Positions 18,394 to 28,651 of a stretch of DNA of 64,000 bases are shown one piece after another. How positions within the stretch are numbered: the first letter of the stretch is position 1; every line of letters starts with the position of its first letter. The notes under the pieces are model-generated. The model saw only the letters and a list, made by a program, of their open reading frames with translations, searched no databases and was not told the origin of the DNA. The position numbers and the translations under genes are program-made. The stretch covers positions 103,864 through 167,863 of the forward strand of contig JBBRLY010000016.1 of assembly GCA_038231155.1 (NCBI GenBank), written 5' to 3'. The stretch is from Candidatus Saccharimonadales bacterium. Lineage in GTDB: Bacteria; Patescibacteriota; Saccharimonadia; Saccharimonadales; JANWIN01.

Positions 18394-19401
18394 CTACTCC
18401 TCTTTTTCAGCAGCAGCAGTCACCTGCTTGGCAATCTCTTCCAGTACTTTGGGATTTTTTGATAAGAATTCTTTGGCACCTTCCCGACCCTGGGCTATTT
18501 TTTCACCTTTATAGCTAAACCAAGCACCGGCCTTTTCAACGATACCTCGGGACGTGGCCAGGTCTAGTACGTCGCCAGTTCGGCTAATACCCTGATTATA
18601 CATAATGTCAAACTCAGCTTCGCGAAAAGGTGGCGCTATTTTATTCTTGACTACTTTTACCCGGGTGCGGTTACCGACTACTTGATCACCTTGTTTAATT
18701 TGAGCGATCCGACGAATATCCATTCTTACGCTGGCATAGAATTTAAGGGCATTACCGCCGGTCGTAGTTTCAGGGTTACCAAACATCACCCCTATTTTCA
18801 TACGGATTTGATTGATAAATACTACGGTGGCATGTGATCGACTTATCACTCCAGTTAGTTTACGTAAAGCTTGGCTCATAAGTCGAGCTTGCAAACCCAT
18901 ATGCGAATCGCCCATGTCGCCTTCAATTTCTGCTCGTGGTACTAAGGCCGCCACACTATCGACTACGATAATATCGACAGCGTTACTGCGTACTAAAGTT
19001 TCAGTAATTTCAAGAGCCTGTTCACCGTTATCCGGCTGTGAAAGTAATAGGTTCTCAACATCAACGCCAATTCGCTTGGCATAAGCTGGATCTAAGGCAT
19101 GCTCGGCATCAATAAAAGCTGCAGTACCACCATTTCTTTGAACCTCGGCAATAGCGTGCAGAGCCAAGGTAGTTTTACCAGAACTTTCCGGTCCATAAAC
19201 TTCAACTACCCTACCTTTTGGTATACCGCCGCCTAAGGCTAAATCTAGCGATATGCTGCCGGTTGAGATAGTCTCGATATTTATCTTGTGAGCCTCTCCC
19301 AACTTCATAATTGAGCCTTTACCAAACTGTTTTTCGATAGTGTCTAGGGCTAGGCCCAGTGCCTTGTTTTTACCCTCAGTTACAGCTTTATCATCTGCCA
19401 T
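18394..19401 (-). CDS. recA: recombinase RecA
   Basis: 335 aa. Walker [10 protein letters not shown] and canonical RecA sequence throughout ([35 protein letters not shown]). Confidence 0.98.
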   Translation of the reverse strand: MADDKAVTEGKNKALGLALDTIEKQFGKGSIMKLGEAHKINIETISTGSISLDLALGGGIPKGRVVEVYGPESSGKTTLALHAIAEVQRNGGTAAFIDAEHALDPAYAKRIGVDVENLLLSQPDNGEQALEITETLVRSNAVDIIVVDSVAALVPRAEIEGDMGDSHMGLQARLMSQALRKLTGVISRSHATVVFINQIRMKIGVMFGNPETTTGGNALKFYASVRMDIRRIAQIKQGDQVVGNRTRVKVVKNKIAPPFREAEFDIMYNQGISRTGDVLDLATSRGIVEKAGAWFSYKGEKIAQGREGAKEFLSKNPKVLEEIAKQVTAAAEKEE

Positions 19402-19543
19402 ATATTTCTCCGCTTAAGTTTCCTCCGCCGATTGCCTTTAATTATATGCCACTATCAGGTGCCGGCAAATTGCTAATCCTTATTAGACTCATTAATGTCC
19501 TTACTACTGACACTGACATCTTATATAATAAACCTTAACCGTT

Positions 19544-21355
19544 ATGCGTATATCTGATACTTTGGCCGAAAAGCTACTGAAGGAGACTCACAAAATCAGC
19601 GATGAACAGCTGAATTCTTTGCGTGAACAGGCTATTAGTGAGAAAAAACCAATCCAGGATCTGGTCGTAAAAAATAATTTGGTATCTGAAAAAGAGCTAA
19701 CTAAACTATATGCCGAAGAGATAGATATTCCTTTCGTTGAATTAAACGCTAAAGAAATTAAGCGAGAGATACTACGTTTAATCCCTGAACGAGTGGCCCG
19801 GCAATATAAAGCCGTACTATTTGGAGTGCAAGATGATGGCAGTAAGTTATTGGCCATGGAAGACCCTGATGATATTCAGGCTATTAACTTCTTACAAAAA
19901 CAATTAGGTACTGATCTAAAAGTACATGTCGCAACAGTCTCAAGCGTACAACAAGCGCTAGATCAATACCGTGGAAATATTAGCAGTGAGTTAACCAAAG
20001 TTATATCGCCAGATGATGAAGCGGCCGTCGAAGAAGAAGTTAGTGAAGAAGACCTAGCTGAAGACTCACCGGTAGCTCAAACCGTAAACTTAATAATTGA
20101 ATATGCCGTAAATTCTGGTGCCAGTGACATTCATATAGAACCGCGCGAAGGTTATGTATCAGTGCGTTATCGAATTGACGGGGTGTTACGAGAAGCTAAT
20201 AAACTGCCTAAAAAAGTTTTAAATGCCATAGTCTCGAGAATTAAGATCTTATCTAATCTAAAAATTGATGAGCGACGGGCACCTCAAGATGGTCGTTTTA
20301 AAGTTCAGGTCAGTGGTCAAATTTATGCTATGCGGGTTTCAACTCTGCCGATCGTTGATGGTGAAAAAGTAGCAATGCGTATACTGAACGAGTCATCTAA
20401 GGCAGCAACCTTAGAAGAACTAGGTTATTGGGGCAAAGCCTTGGAAAAAATTAACAAAGCTATCTTGCAACCACACGGCATGATTTTAGTCACCGGTCCG
20501 ACCGGATCGGGTAAATCGACTAGTTTATTTAGCATTCTAAGTTTACTAAATTCACCGACGGTTAATATATCGACGGTTGAAGACCCGGTTGAATATAGAA
20601 TTCCAGGATCCAATCAAACTCAAGTTAATCCAGTTGCTGGAATGACATTTGCTACCGGACTTAGAGCCTTGTTGCGCCAGGATCCGAATATTATTATGGT
20701 TGGAGAAATTCGCGACAGCGAAACAGCTAATTTAGCAATTCAAGCCGCCTTAACTGGGCATCTGGTATTCTCAACCCTGCACACTAACAACGCAGCTACT
20801 AGTTTACCCAGATTACTGGATATGGGTATTGAACCGTTTTTAATTGCCAGCACTGTCCGAGTGGCGGTTGGCCAACGTTTAGTCCGAAGATTATGTATTG
20901 ATTGTCGTGAGGATTATCAACCGGATGACGCTATGATTCAGGAAATTAATGATATCTTTGGCACTGGCACAGTCGGCGTAATGCAACAAGTTCACCAACT
21001 GGAGCAACAGGCTTTAGCAGCCGGGATTGGCAAAACTAACCCTTCAAAGATCAATCAACGCTCAACTACCGAATTAAGTACTAGCGAAACTAAAATCTTA
21101 AGGCTTTGGAAAGTCCACGACAACGGCTGTGAAACTTGCGGACATAGTGGTTATAAGGGGCGCATGGGCATATATGAAGTACTTGATACATCTCTTGATA
21201 TTCAAAAGCTGATTGTCGGTAATGCCACTAGTGAAGCCCTCCAAGAACAAGCCATAAAAAGCGGTATGATTACCATGCAGCTAGATGGTTTCGTCAAAGC
21301 CCTACGCGGTCAAACTTCAATTGAGGAAATCCTACGGGTTACGTCCGAGGACTAA
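19544..21355 (+). CDS. pilB: type IV pilus assembly ATPase PilB (GspE family)
   Basis: 603 aa. Two N-terminal GspE-N (T2SSE_N) repeats, Walker A GPTGSGKST, Asp box, His box, tetracysteine CIDC...CETCGHSGYKGR. Confidence 0.9.
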   Translation: MRISDTLAEKLLKETHKISDEQLNSLREQAISEKKPIQDLVVKNNLVSEKELTKLYAEEIDIPFVELNAKEIKREILRLIPERVARQYKAVLFGVQDDGSKLLAMEDPDDIQAINFLQKQLGTDLKVHVATVSSVQQALDQYRGNISSELTKVISPDDEAAVEEEVSEEDLAEDSPVAQTVNLIIEYAVNSGASDIHIEPREGYVSVRYRIDGVLREANKLPKKVLNAIVSRIKILSNLKIDERRAPQDGRFKVQVSGQIYAMRVSTLPIVDGEKVAMRILNESSKAATLEELGYWGKALEKINKAILQPHGMILVTGPTGSGKSTSLFSILSLLNSPTVNISTVEDPVEYRIPGSNQTQVNPVAGMTFATGLRALLRQDPNIIMVGEIRDSETANLAIQAALTGHLVFSTLHTNNAATSLPRLLDMGIEPFLIASTVRVAVGQRLVRRLCIDCREDYQPDDAMIQEINDIFGTGTVGVMQQVHQLEQQALAAGIGKTNPSKINQRSTTELSTSETKILRLWKVHDNGCETCGHSGYKGRMGIYEVLDTSLDIQKLIVGNATSEALQEQAIKSGMITMQLDGFVKALRGQTSIEEILRVTSED

Positions 21356-21361
21356 ACTAAT

Positions 21362-22585
21362 ATGCGCTTTTCCTACACTGCTATAGCCAAAGATGGTAAA
21401 ACCATTACCGGGTTTAGCGAAGCCCCTTCTAAAGAACAACTTATAAGTAGCTTGGCCAAACAAAGCTTGCATCCAATTATCGTTAAGCCGGCTAGGGCTA
21501 AGGCTAGTATTTTGGATATGCTGAACCGATCCAGAAAAGTCAAACTTAGGGATCTGGTAATTTTTACACGTCAACTGTCAACTATGATTAGTGCCGGGGT
21601 ACCGCTGGCCCGTTCGCTATCTACTTTGCAAAATCAATCAGACAGTAAATACTTACGCGAAATTATAGGTGGTGTCACAAAAGATGTAGAGGGTGGAATC
21701 CCGCTAGCTGATGCCTTTGCAAAATATCCTAATGCTTTCTCTCCTGTTTATATAAATATGGTCAGAGCCGGTGAAGCGGCTGGTATTTTAGATGATATTT
21801 TAAAACACCTAGCTGAACAGGTTGAGCAAGAAGCCTCTATTCGTAAAAAGATTAAAAGTGCCATGACCTATCCGGTTGTAATATTAACCATAACTGTTAT
21901 TGCCTTTTTTGGGATTATGTTCTTCATCATCCCTAAAATTGCCAAAATATTAAATGATCTGGCCGGACCTAAAGCCAAACTGCCAATTTATACCCGGGCT
22001 CTACTGAGCGCCAGCACATTTTCTAGGCATTACGGTATTTTTATATTGATCACCTTGTTTGTCGCGGTTTTTTTCATTAGAAGATATATTAAAACTGAAA
22101 AAGGTAAATATAATTTTCACGCTTTACTTCTAAGAGTCCCGGTTTTAAAAACTATAATTACCAAAATTGCAATTGCCCGGTTTTCTCGAACTTTTGCTTC
22201 ACTAATGACGGCTGGAGTTGGTGTGCTTGATGCGCTGGATGTAACTGGTGGTGCCATAGGCAATAAAGTTATTGAAGCCGAGCTTAAAGAAGCCGCCATT
22301 CAAGTAAAAAATGGAAAACAGTTATCTGAACCACTCAGTAAAAGTAAGCATTTCCCGCCAATCGTCAGCCAAATGTTAGCGGTCGGTGAAGAAACTGGTC
22401 AAGTTGATACCGTTTTACTCAAAGTCGCCGATTTTTATGAAGAAGAAGTAGATGTCATGATAGACGGCTTAAGTGCCCTAATAGAGCCAATGATGATTAT
22501 TGTTTTAGGTAGTTTTGTCGGTTTAATTGCCGCTAGTGTTATGGGTCCAATTGCTAGTTTGAGTAAGAACATCGGCAACAACTAG
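21362..22585 (+). CDS. pilC: type IV pilus platform protein PilC (GspF family)
   Basis: 407 aa with two GspF-type repeats and three TM segments. Lies directly downstream of pilB. Confidence 0.9.
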   Translation: MRFSYTAIAKDGKTITGFSEAPSKEQLISSLAKQSLHPIIVKPARAKASILDMLNRSRKVKLRDLVIFTRQLSTMISAGVPLARSLSTLQNQSDSKYLREIIGGVTKDVEGGIPLADAFAKYPNAFSPVYINMVRAGEAAGILDDILKHLAEQVEQEASIRKKIKSAMTYPVVILTITVIAFFGIMFFIIPKIAKILNDLAGPKAKLPIYTRALLSASTFSRHYGIFILITLFVAVFFIRRYIKTEKGKYNFHALLLRVPVLKTIITKIAIARFSRTFASLMTAGVGVLDALDVTGGAIGNKVIEAELKEAAIQVKNGKQLSEPLSKSKHFPPIVSQMLAVGEETGQVDTVLLKVADFYEEEVDVMIDGLSALIEPMMIIVLGSFVGLIAASVMGPIASLSKNIGNN

Positions 22586-22610
22586 ACCATAAATTAATAA
22601 CTAATTAGGC

Positions 22611-22638
22611 TTGACCTAATCAAGGTAATGGTTATAAT
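22611..22638 (+). promoter_or_regulatory. putative promoter of the major pilin gene (TTGACC-16 nt-TATAAT)
   Basis: -35 TTGACC at 22611-22616 and -10 TATAAT at 22633-22638. Implies a leader of about 80 nt ending in RBS AGGAGGGTGGG. Confidence 0.45.
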
Positions 22639-22724
22639 CGTTACTAGATTCTAAAGCGATAGGTCTTATGGCTCTTTCGCAAAAGAACTTTAGAAAATAA
22701 AACAATATAGGAGGGTGGGCTCTT

Positions 22725-23186
22725 ATGGTCTCACTAAAACGTAAGCAAAGCGGTTTCACTATTGTGGAACTATTAATAGTTATCATTGTGATCGGTATTC
22801 TGGCAGCCTTGGTGCTAGTTACTTTCACCGGCGTACAGCAGAAAGCTCGAAATACTGAGCGAACAACCGATATCAAGGCGGTCGCTAGCCACTTAGAGGT
22901 ATATAACGCTCAAAATGGCTTTTACCCGACATTTGCTAATTTAAACGACAATAGTAACCCAACCTGGGTTTCTCAAAATCTTAAAGGTCTAGATAAAGAA
23001 GCCTTAAGAGATCCAAAAGGTACGCTCTACACCTTTTTAGCTTCATCTTCATCTAGTCAATATGGTTACGCACCAACTAAAGATGATGGATCAGCCTGCG
23101 ATAATTCGGCTGGCAATGAATGTACTAAGTTTACTTTGACCTACACCCTAGAAGGTGGTACTCAACAGACTGTAAATAGCCCTTAA
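22725..23186 (+). CDS. pilA: type IV (major) pilin
   Basis: 153 aa. Class III signal KRKQSG/FTIVELLIVIIVIGILAAL with the G-1/F+1/E+5 pattern. Strong promoter and terminator. Confidence 0.85.
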   Translation: MVSLKRKQSGFTIVELLIVIIVIGILAALVLVTFTGVQQKARNTERTTDIKAVASHLEVYNAQNGFYPTFANLNDNSNPTWVSQNLKGLDKEALRDPKGTLYTFLASSSSSQYGYAPTKDDGSACDNSAGNECTKFTLTYTLEGGTQQTVNSP

Positions 23187-23215
23187 CTAGCCTATCTTAC
23201 CTGCACTGTTAACTC

Positions 23216-23246
23216 AAAAACCCTGACCTATCCCGTCGGGGTTTTT
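23216..23246 (+). terminator. intrinsic terminator after the pilin gene (A5-CCCTGAC-CTATCCC-GTCGGGG-T5)
   Basis: 7-bp stem at 23221-23227/23235-23241 (one G.U pair) flanked by A5 and T5. Confidence 0.7.
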
Positions 23247-23346
23247 GTATTTAATAAAAGGAGTAGATTCTGCCTTAGAGAGCTAGTAAGCTCATGTACT
23301 ATAATAAGCGTAAGCATGCTGATCATAAAAATAGTAAATTGTAATT

Positions 23347-23802
23347 ATGTTTAATCATTTAAAATCAATTAAAAGTTCAAGCGGATTTACAATTGTTGAA
23401 CTGGTTCTGGCCTGCGTTATTTTTCCACTGGTTGTAATAGGTATGACTAATGCATTCGGGTCAGTCAGAGATACCTACAAAATAGCCAAGCAATATAATG
23501 AAATGTACGCTGTACTTAGTGCTTGTCCGGAAATAGATAGGGCCTTGGACTATACTTCTTTGTCGAGCGGTACAAACTGTTATCCCAATAATTCTTTTAA
23601 AGCCGAGGGTGGTGGCAATGCCGTTATTACCTATAACCCAACAGTTACTGTAACCGATTCTAGCAGTCTACCAAACTCTGATCCACTGCACAGTGTGCCA
23701 GATTCTAAGGTTATTTATATCTCTGTGCCCTTTTTAAAAAGTTCCGCCCAACCGTTGCAACTTCGGATGTTAATCACTAGAAATGGTATCGGCCAGCTAT
23801 GA
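23347..23802 (+). CDS. minor pilin / pseudopilin
   Basis: 151 aa. Prepilin-type N-terminus SSSG/FTIVELVLACVIF. Confidence 0.7.
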   Translation: MFNHLKSIKSSSGFTIVELVLACVIFPLVVIGMTNAFGSVRDTYKIAKQYNEMYAVLSACPEIDRALDYTSLSSGTNCYPNNSFKAEGGGNAVITYNPTVTVTDSSSLPNSDPLHSVPDSKVIYISVPFLKSSAQPLQLRMLITRNGIGQL

Positions 23803-24575
23803 AGAACTCTGAAGCTGGTTTTACAATTCCCGAACTGATTACGGTGATGGTTGTCAGTACCTTGTTTGCTGGTTTAATAATGTTTTTTGGGTTTGACTAT
23901 TGGCAGACCGCCGAAATTCAACAATCAGATCAAGATACTCTAATAAGCCGCTTAAATGCTGGTGATTTCATCAGAGAAAATATTGGCGAGTCATCCGGAT
24001 TAATTATCCAGAATAGTTTAGCTGATTCCCATACCTTGGTGCCCGATCCGGCCATAAATAGTGGTCTATATTGGATTCCTTTGCACGCTATACCATCGCA
24101 TTTAACTATTGGATCATCAGGCTCAATCACCCCTCTAATTTATTACAAAAAAATGAGTATTAATACCTCCAAAGCGGTAATTATGAACGGTACTGTCCCA
24201 TATGATGATGAGTTCGTACTTTACTTAAATGGCTCTAACAAACAACTGCTAGACCGATCGATTGCTAATCCCAATGCTCCCAATAATCGTCTTAAAACCA
24301 GTTGCCCACCTGCTAACGCCTCACCCAGTTGCCCGGCTGATAAAGTTATTGCAACCGATGTCGCTTCGGTTGATACACGTTATTTTTCTAGAACCGGCAC
24401 TCCACTGGATTACTCATCTTCAACTGATCCTAATACCGGCAACTTGAATGGACCGGATTTCCCTGTTGTGGAAGTCTTGGAACTTACCTTAAATCTGCAG
24501 TTCAAACCTTTGTTTCAAAAAACTAATGTTACTCAAAATAGTACTGTAATTAGAATTGCACTGAGGAATGATTAA
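23799..24575 (+). CDS. minor pilin / pseudopilin
   Basis: 258 aa. Prepilin-type N-terminus SEAG/FTIPELITVMVVSTLF. Overlaps its neighbours by 4 and 8 nt. Confidence 0.7.
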   Translation: MKNSEAGFTIPELITVMVVSTLFAGLIMFFGFDYWQTAEIQQSDQDTLISRLNAGDFIRENIGESSGLIIQNSLADSHTLVPDPAINSGLYWIPLHAIPSHLTIGSSGSITPLIYYKKMSINTSKAVIMNGTVPYDDEFVLYLNGSNKQLLDRSIANPNAPNNRLKTSCPPANASPSCPADKVIATDVASVDTRYFSRTGTPLDYSSSTDPNTGNLNGPDFPVVEVLELTLNLQFKPLFQKTNVTQNSTVIRIALRND

Positions 24576-25995
24576 GATGAGCAAAACTAAAAAACCAGGT
24601 CAGTCCGGATCAATTATTGTATCGATACTAATCGTAACTTTATTTTTAACAACGGTGGTTTTGGCGGTTATAATTCTAGCCAATGCTACTTTAACTAGAG
24701 CTAAATCGAGAGTCTTTTTATTGCAAGCGCAGTATACTGCCGAATCGGGTGCTGATGCGGCTATCGCTCAGTTAAATAATGTAAGTGATAGTTATGCAGG
24801 CAGCGGCGGACAAGTAACAGTTTTATTAGCTAATCGCTACCGAGCTACTTTCTCAACGACCGTAGTAACTGGATCCACTTCTAAAGAAAGAGTAATTACA
24901 AGTGTCGGTCGAGTGTTTGTACCAGCGGCCGCAACAAATGCAAACTATACTCGGACTATTGAGGTGGTAGCCCAACGTAGTTCGACCACTGCAAGTTCGT
25001 CGATGCTATCGCGAAACATTATAGACATTGCTAGCGGTGTTAAAAATATTTGGGCAATAGATATTTACGCCAACGGTTTTATAAACATGAATAAGAATAC
25101 GACTAATCTAATCGCCGAAAATATAACCGTAGCCGGTAGGAATGCTGGTGCCAGTAATTGTTCGATAGGTGGTGCCGGTAATTTGCTAAAGCCAACAAGT
25201 TTTAGCCACCTCGGACAAACTAAAACTAATATAATGACTGCTTACAACAACTGTATTTCACCGCCCGGCAATACTACTAACGCTAACTTTGGCGTAACCG
25301 CAAATCAGACAGTTAGTACAATTGCGTCGACCTATATTCCATTTACCCAGTACATGGATAATTCGTATATTTCCGGCAATTGCAGTGACTGGACAGGTGG
25401 TGGTAATCATAATATACCATCAACCAATAACACTAAGAAAACTCAGTATCCAGATAGTAGTAGCGGTGTTTCATCTAGCTGCGGCAGTTCCGGTAATTTA
25501 AGTTTAAGTGGTACGTTTAATATACAAGATCATGTCCATTTGCGGGCTAATCTATGCAGTACTTCAGCCTGTGACCCAACGTTTAATAATCCCACCAGTT
25601 CAATTAAATTCGTATTTATTGAAGGTACGATTAACTTTGAAAGTCTACAAACGTCACCCGGTAGTGGACCGATCGTACTTGTCACTTATGGTGCTGATCC
25701 TAATTCACATGGATCGGCCTGTCCTAGTACTGATGGCGATTCCTTATACCTTGGCCAACATGGTAATACTAAGACCATTGCACCGGCTATTTATTTACTA
25801 GCCAAAAACGGTTTATGCGTCGATCAAACTAAGTTCGATAATAATAATCCGTCAATAGGTGGCCTATCAGGTAAAAATTTGTATGTCGCTTCCAGCCCCG
25901 GCAACCCATTTGATTTAAAACTAGACCCTAACTTCCCAGTTAGCCAAATCCCTATCGACTTGGCTTGGCGAGCTGTTAGGTATCGTCGTTTGTGA
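24568..25995 (+). CDS. large PilX-like pilus-associated protein (possible tip or adhesin component)
   Basis: 475 aa. N-terminal anchor GSIIVSILIVTLFLTTVVLAVIILANATL resembling the PilX N-terminal domain, then an N/S/T/G-rich, Cys-containing region. Confidence 0.5.
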   Translation: MIKMSKTKKPGQSGSIIVSILIVTLFLTTVVLAVIILANATLTRAKSRVFLLQAQYTAESGADAAIAQLNNVSDSYAGSGGQVTVLLANRYRATFSTTVVTGSTSKERVITSVGRVFVPAAATNANYTRTIEVVAQRSSTTASSSMLSRNIIDIASGVKNIWAIDIYANGFINMNKNTTNLIAENITVAGRNAGASNCSIGGAGNLLKPTSFSHLGQTKTNIMTAYNNCISPPGNTTNANFGVTANQTVSTIASTYIPFTQYMDNSYISGNCSDWTGGGNHNIPSTNNTKKTQYPDSSSGVSSSCGSSGNLSLSGTFNIQDHVHLRANLCSTSACDPTFNNPTSSIKFVFIEGTINFESLQTSPGSGPIVLVTYGADPNSHGSACPSTDGDSLYLGQHGNTKTIAPAIYLLAKNGLCVDQTKFDNNNPSIGGLSGKNLYVASSPGNPFDLKLDPNFPVSQIPIDLAWRAVRYRRL

Positions 25996-26043
25996 GCCAT
26001 TTACACCTTTCAATCTGCTATACTCTATGCATAAGCGCTACAA

Positions 26044-27132
26044 ATGCTTTTGATGGACAAGCATAAAATGAATATTGGAACACATTTTTTTCAAGATAAA
26101 CCACTGTTTGGCCTGGATATTGGTTTTAGTTCATGCAAGGTAATGCAAATTGAGTGGATCAGTAAAAAACCGCATATCTTTGGTTACGGGGTTGGCCGAT
26201 TTGAATCAGCCAATGTAAAAGATGGGGTAATTATTAATCCAGAGTCACTTGCGCAATCGATAAAAAATTTATTTGAAACCAGAATTGTTGGAGATATTGC
26301 AACCAATCGTGTAGCTATAGGCGTACCGGCCTCGCGTACTTTTAGTCGGGTTATTAAACTGCCTAAGTTATCTAATCAGGAGCTAGACGAAGCCGTTCGC
26401 ACCGAAGCTGAACAATACATACCACTTCCGGTTGAAAGCCTTTATTTGGATTTTGAAATAATTAACCGTACAGACAAAGAAATTGAATTGTTTGCTGTTG
26501 CGGTACCCAAAGATATCATTGATTCATATATGCTGCTTACACGACTACTCGGGTTGGAAGTAGTAGCCATGGAAACAACTATAGCTTCGGCAGCCAGGTT
26601 GTTTGCAAAAACCAATATGAATGATATTCCGACGGTACTAATTGACTTTGGTTCAATTTCAACTGACATTACTATTTTTGATAAAACTTTAATTGTAACT
26701 GGCACGGTAAGCGGTGGCGGCGATATTTTTGCTGAGGAAATAGCCAAACACTTGAATGTCACAAAAGCTGAAGCTACTGTAATTAAAAATAAATATGGTT
26801 TGGATTTTAGTAAAAAACAAGATGAGATTTTATCAGCCTTGCAATCACTGCTCGATCAGTTACTAAAAGAAATTCGGCGGATGATTCGTTATTATGAGGA
26901 GCGCTACGGGTCTGCTAAAAAAATCAGCCAAGTAGTTATTATGGGTGGTGGCGCAAATATGCCCGGTCTAGGAAATTACTTAACTAACTCTCTCAGGTTG
27001 CCGGTTAGAATGACCGATCCTTGGCAACATATTGATCACAGCATGTTACCGACCCCAAATTTAGTTGATAGATCAATGTTCGTAACGGTATCCGGTTTAG
27101 CACTAGCAAATCCTAAAGAAGTCTTTTCATGA
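26044..27132 (+). CDS. pilM: type IV pilus assembly protein PilM (actin-like ATPase fold)
   Basis: 362 aa. Contains FGLDIGFSSCKV, VLIDFGSISTDITIF and VVIMGGGANMPGL motifs. Confidence 0.85.
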   Translation: MLLMDKHKMNIGTHFFQDKPLFGLDIGFSSCKVMQIEWISKKPHIFGYGVGRFESANVKDGVIINPESLAQSIKNLFETRIVGDIATNRVAIGVPASRTFSRVIKLPKLSNQELDEAVRTEAEQYIPLPVESLYLDFEIINRTDKEIELFAVAVPKDIIDSYMLLTRLLGLEVVAMETTIASAARLFAKTNMNDIPTVLIDFGSISTDITIFDKTLIVTGTVSGGGDIFAEEIAKHLNVTKAEATVIKNKYGLDFSKKQDEILSALQSLLDQLLKEIRRMIRYYEERYGSAKKISQVVIMGGGANMPGLGNYLTNSLRLPVRMTDPWQHIDHSMLPTPNLVDRSMFVTVSGLALANPKEVFS

Positions 27133-27728
27133 TTAACCTCCTACCAAGTGACGTTAAACAGAATTTTGGCTATGCTCGCTATAATACCAAGTTGCTAAAA
27201 TGGAGTGCAGTTTTTGCCCTTAGTATCTTTGGCGTCGGCGTTATTGTGGCTTTTGGACTTTTTTACATTAACCACTCGATTCATAGTTACACATCGCAAA
27301 ACGCTCAAGTCCAGCAAGAACTTAAAAATCAAAAGCTTGATCAAACCCAAAAACAAGTAAAAGACTTGTCCAGTTCAGTGAAACTGGTTCTGCAAGTTTT
27401 ATCGCGTGAAATATTATTTTCAAAACTGATTAATCAAATCGGTACGGCCATACCACCAAATGCCGTATTAACAGATCTAGATATTACTAAAACCCAAGGT
27501 GCAATTAATATAATTGCCATTGCTTCGGATTATAATACTGCCAGTCAAGTTCAAGTAAACTTGAAGGATCCAGCTAATAAAATTTTTGATCAAGCCGATC
27601 TCATCAATATTACTTGTACCAGCGCTGCCACCACAACAAATCAACGCTATCCCTGTACGGTTAGTATTAAAGCCCGGTTTGCTAAAAGTAATCCGTTTTT
27701 GTTTATAAACAGTCAGGCTAAGCCATGA
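27129..27728 (+). CDS. pilN: PilN-like pilus assembly protein
   Basis: 199 aa. N-terminal MINLLP motif, single TM, coiled coil. 4-nt overlap with pilM. Confidence 0.65.
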   Translation: MINLLPSDVKQNFGYARYNTKLLKWSAVFALSIFGVGVIVAFGLFYINHSIHSYTSQNAQVQQELKNQKLDQTQKQVKDLSSSVKLVLQVLSREILFSKLINQIGTAIPPNAVLTDLDITKTQGAINIIAIASDYNTASQVQVNLKDPANKIFDQADLINITCTSAATTTNQRYPCTVSIKARFAKSNPFLFINSQAKP

Positions 27729-28348
27729 ATAGTAAAAAATTCTATTTTGTAATGTTGGCAGTAACCGCTTTACTAGGAGTTGGAATAATAGTTGCGGCTT
27801 ATTTTGGTAGCCAAATGTTAAGTAAACAAGCTCAAAAACTAGTCAGCTTAAAACTTAATAGTAAAGTCGCTGACACCCAGCAAACCTCGCTTTTACAAGC
27901 CAAAAAAGATATAAAAAAATACGCTGAGTTGGGTCAGGAAGCAAAAGCCATAGTGCCTCAAGAAAAAGATCAGGCCGCGACCGTTCGTGAGATAGTCACA
28001 ATAGCCGCTGCCAACCATATGAAGCTAGGCGCCATAACTTTTCCGGCTTCGTCACTGGGACAAAGTCTGCCAGTGTCATCAGCACCAGCCACTCCTCAAA
28101 CACCTAAGGTACCACCAGTTACTCAAGTTCAACCGGTAGCTGGTATCGATGGTGTGTACGTTATGCCAATCACCATTCAATCCGATTCCTCGTCACCGGT
28201 GACTTATTCTAATTTAATAGAATTCTTGAATGGCTTGGAACATAGCCGTCGCACCGCCCAGGTATCCAGCGTAACCATTACCCCGGATCGACAAGATCAA
28301 TCCAAATTATCTTTTAGTTTAATTGTTAATGTTTATCTAAAGCCATGA
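27725..28348 (+). CDS. pilO: PilO-like pilus assembly protein
   Basis: 207 aa. N-terminal TM, coiled coil, C-terminal alpha/beta region. 4-nt overlaps on both sides. Confidence 0.5.
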   Translation: MNSKKFYFVMLAVTALLGVGIIVAAYFGSQMLSKQAQKLVSLKLNSKVADTQQTSLLQAKKDIKKYAELGQEAKAIVPQEKDQAATVREIVTIAAANHMKLGAITFPASSLGQSLPVSSAPATPQTPKVPPVTQVQPVAGIDGVYVMPITIQSDSSSPVTYSNLIEFLNGLEHSRRTAQVSSVTITPDRQDQSKLSFSLIVNVYLKP

Positions 28349-28644
28349 AAGATATACTGCAAAAAATCATTAAAAAAGTACTGCCGATCTTATATTTTTT
28401 GAGGCGTTATAAAGCATTTGTGTTTTTAATTAGCCTACTTGTGATATATGGCTTCTTGATTTTTAAAATTAACTCTCTGAATAATTCTGAACCATCTGAT
28501 TCGGATGTGACCACAAAACTTCAAACTGTAACTCGGCCACATATCGATCAAACAGCAATCGATAAAATCCAACTACTTCAAGGCAATAGCGTGCCAGTAA
28601 AATCGCTGTTTAACAGTGCGCGAAATAACCCTTTCTCTGAATAA
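28345..28644 (+). CDS. hypothetical single-TM protein, last gene of the pilus operon
   Basis: 99 aa with TM AFVFLISLLVIYGFLIF. 4-nt overlap with the pilO-like gene. Confidence 0.45.
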   Translation: MKDILQKIIKKVLPILYFLRRYKAFVFLISLLVIYGFLIFKINSLNNSEPSDSDVTTKLQTVTRPHIDQTAIDKIQLLQGNSVPVKSLFNSARNNPFSE

Positions 28645-28651
28645 ATTTTAT

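Noticed and set aside
21332-21574. 80-aa minus-strand ORF spanning the pilB/pilC junction.
   Set aside because: It overlaps the ends of two well-supported plus-strand genes and has no RBS.
22616-22876. 86-aa minus-strand ORF over the pilin promoter and pilin N-terminus.
   Set aside because: It is antisense to the class III signal peptide coding region and to the promoter, and the pilin frame is clearly real.
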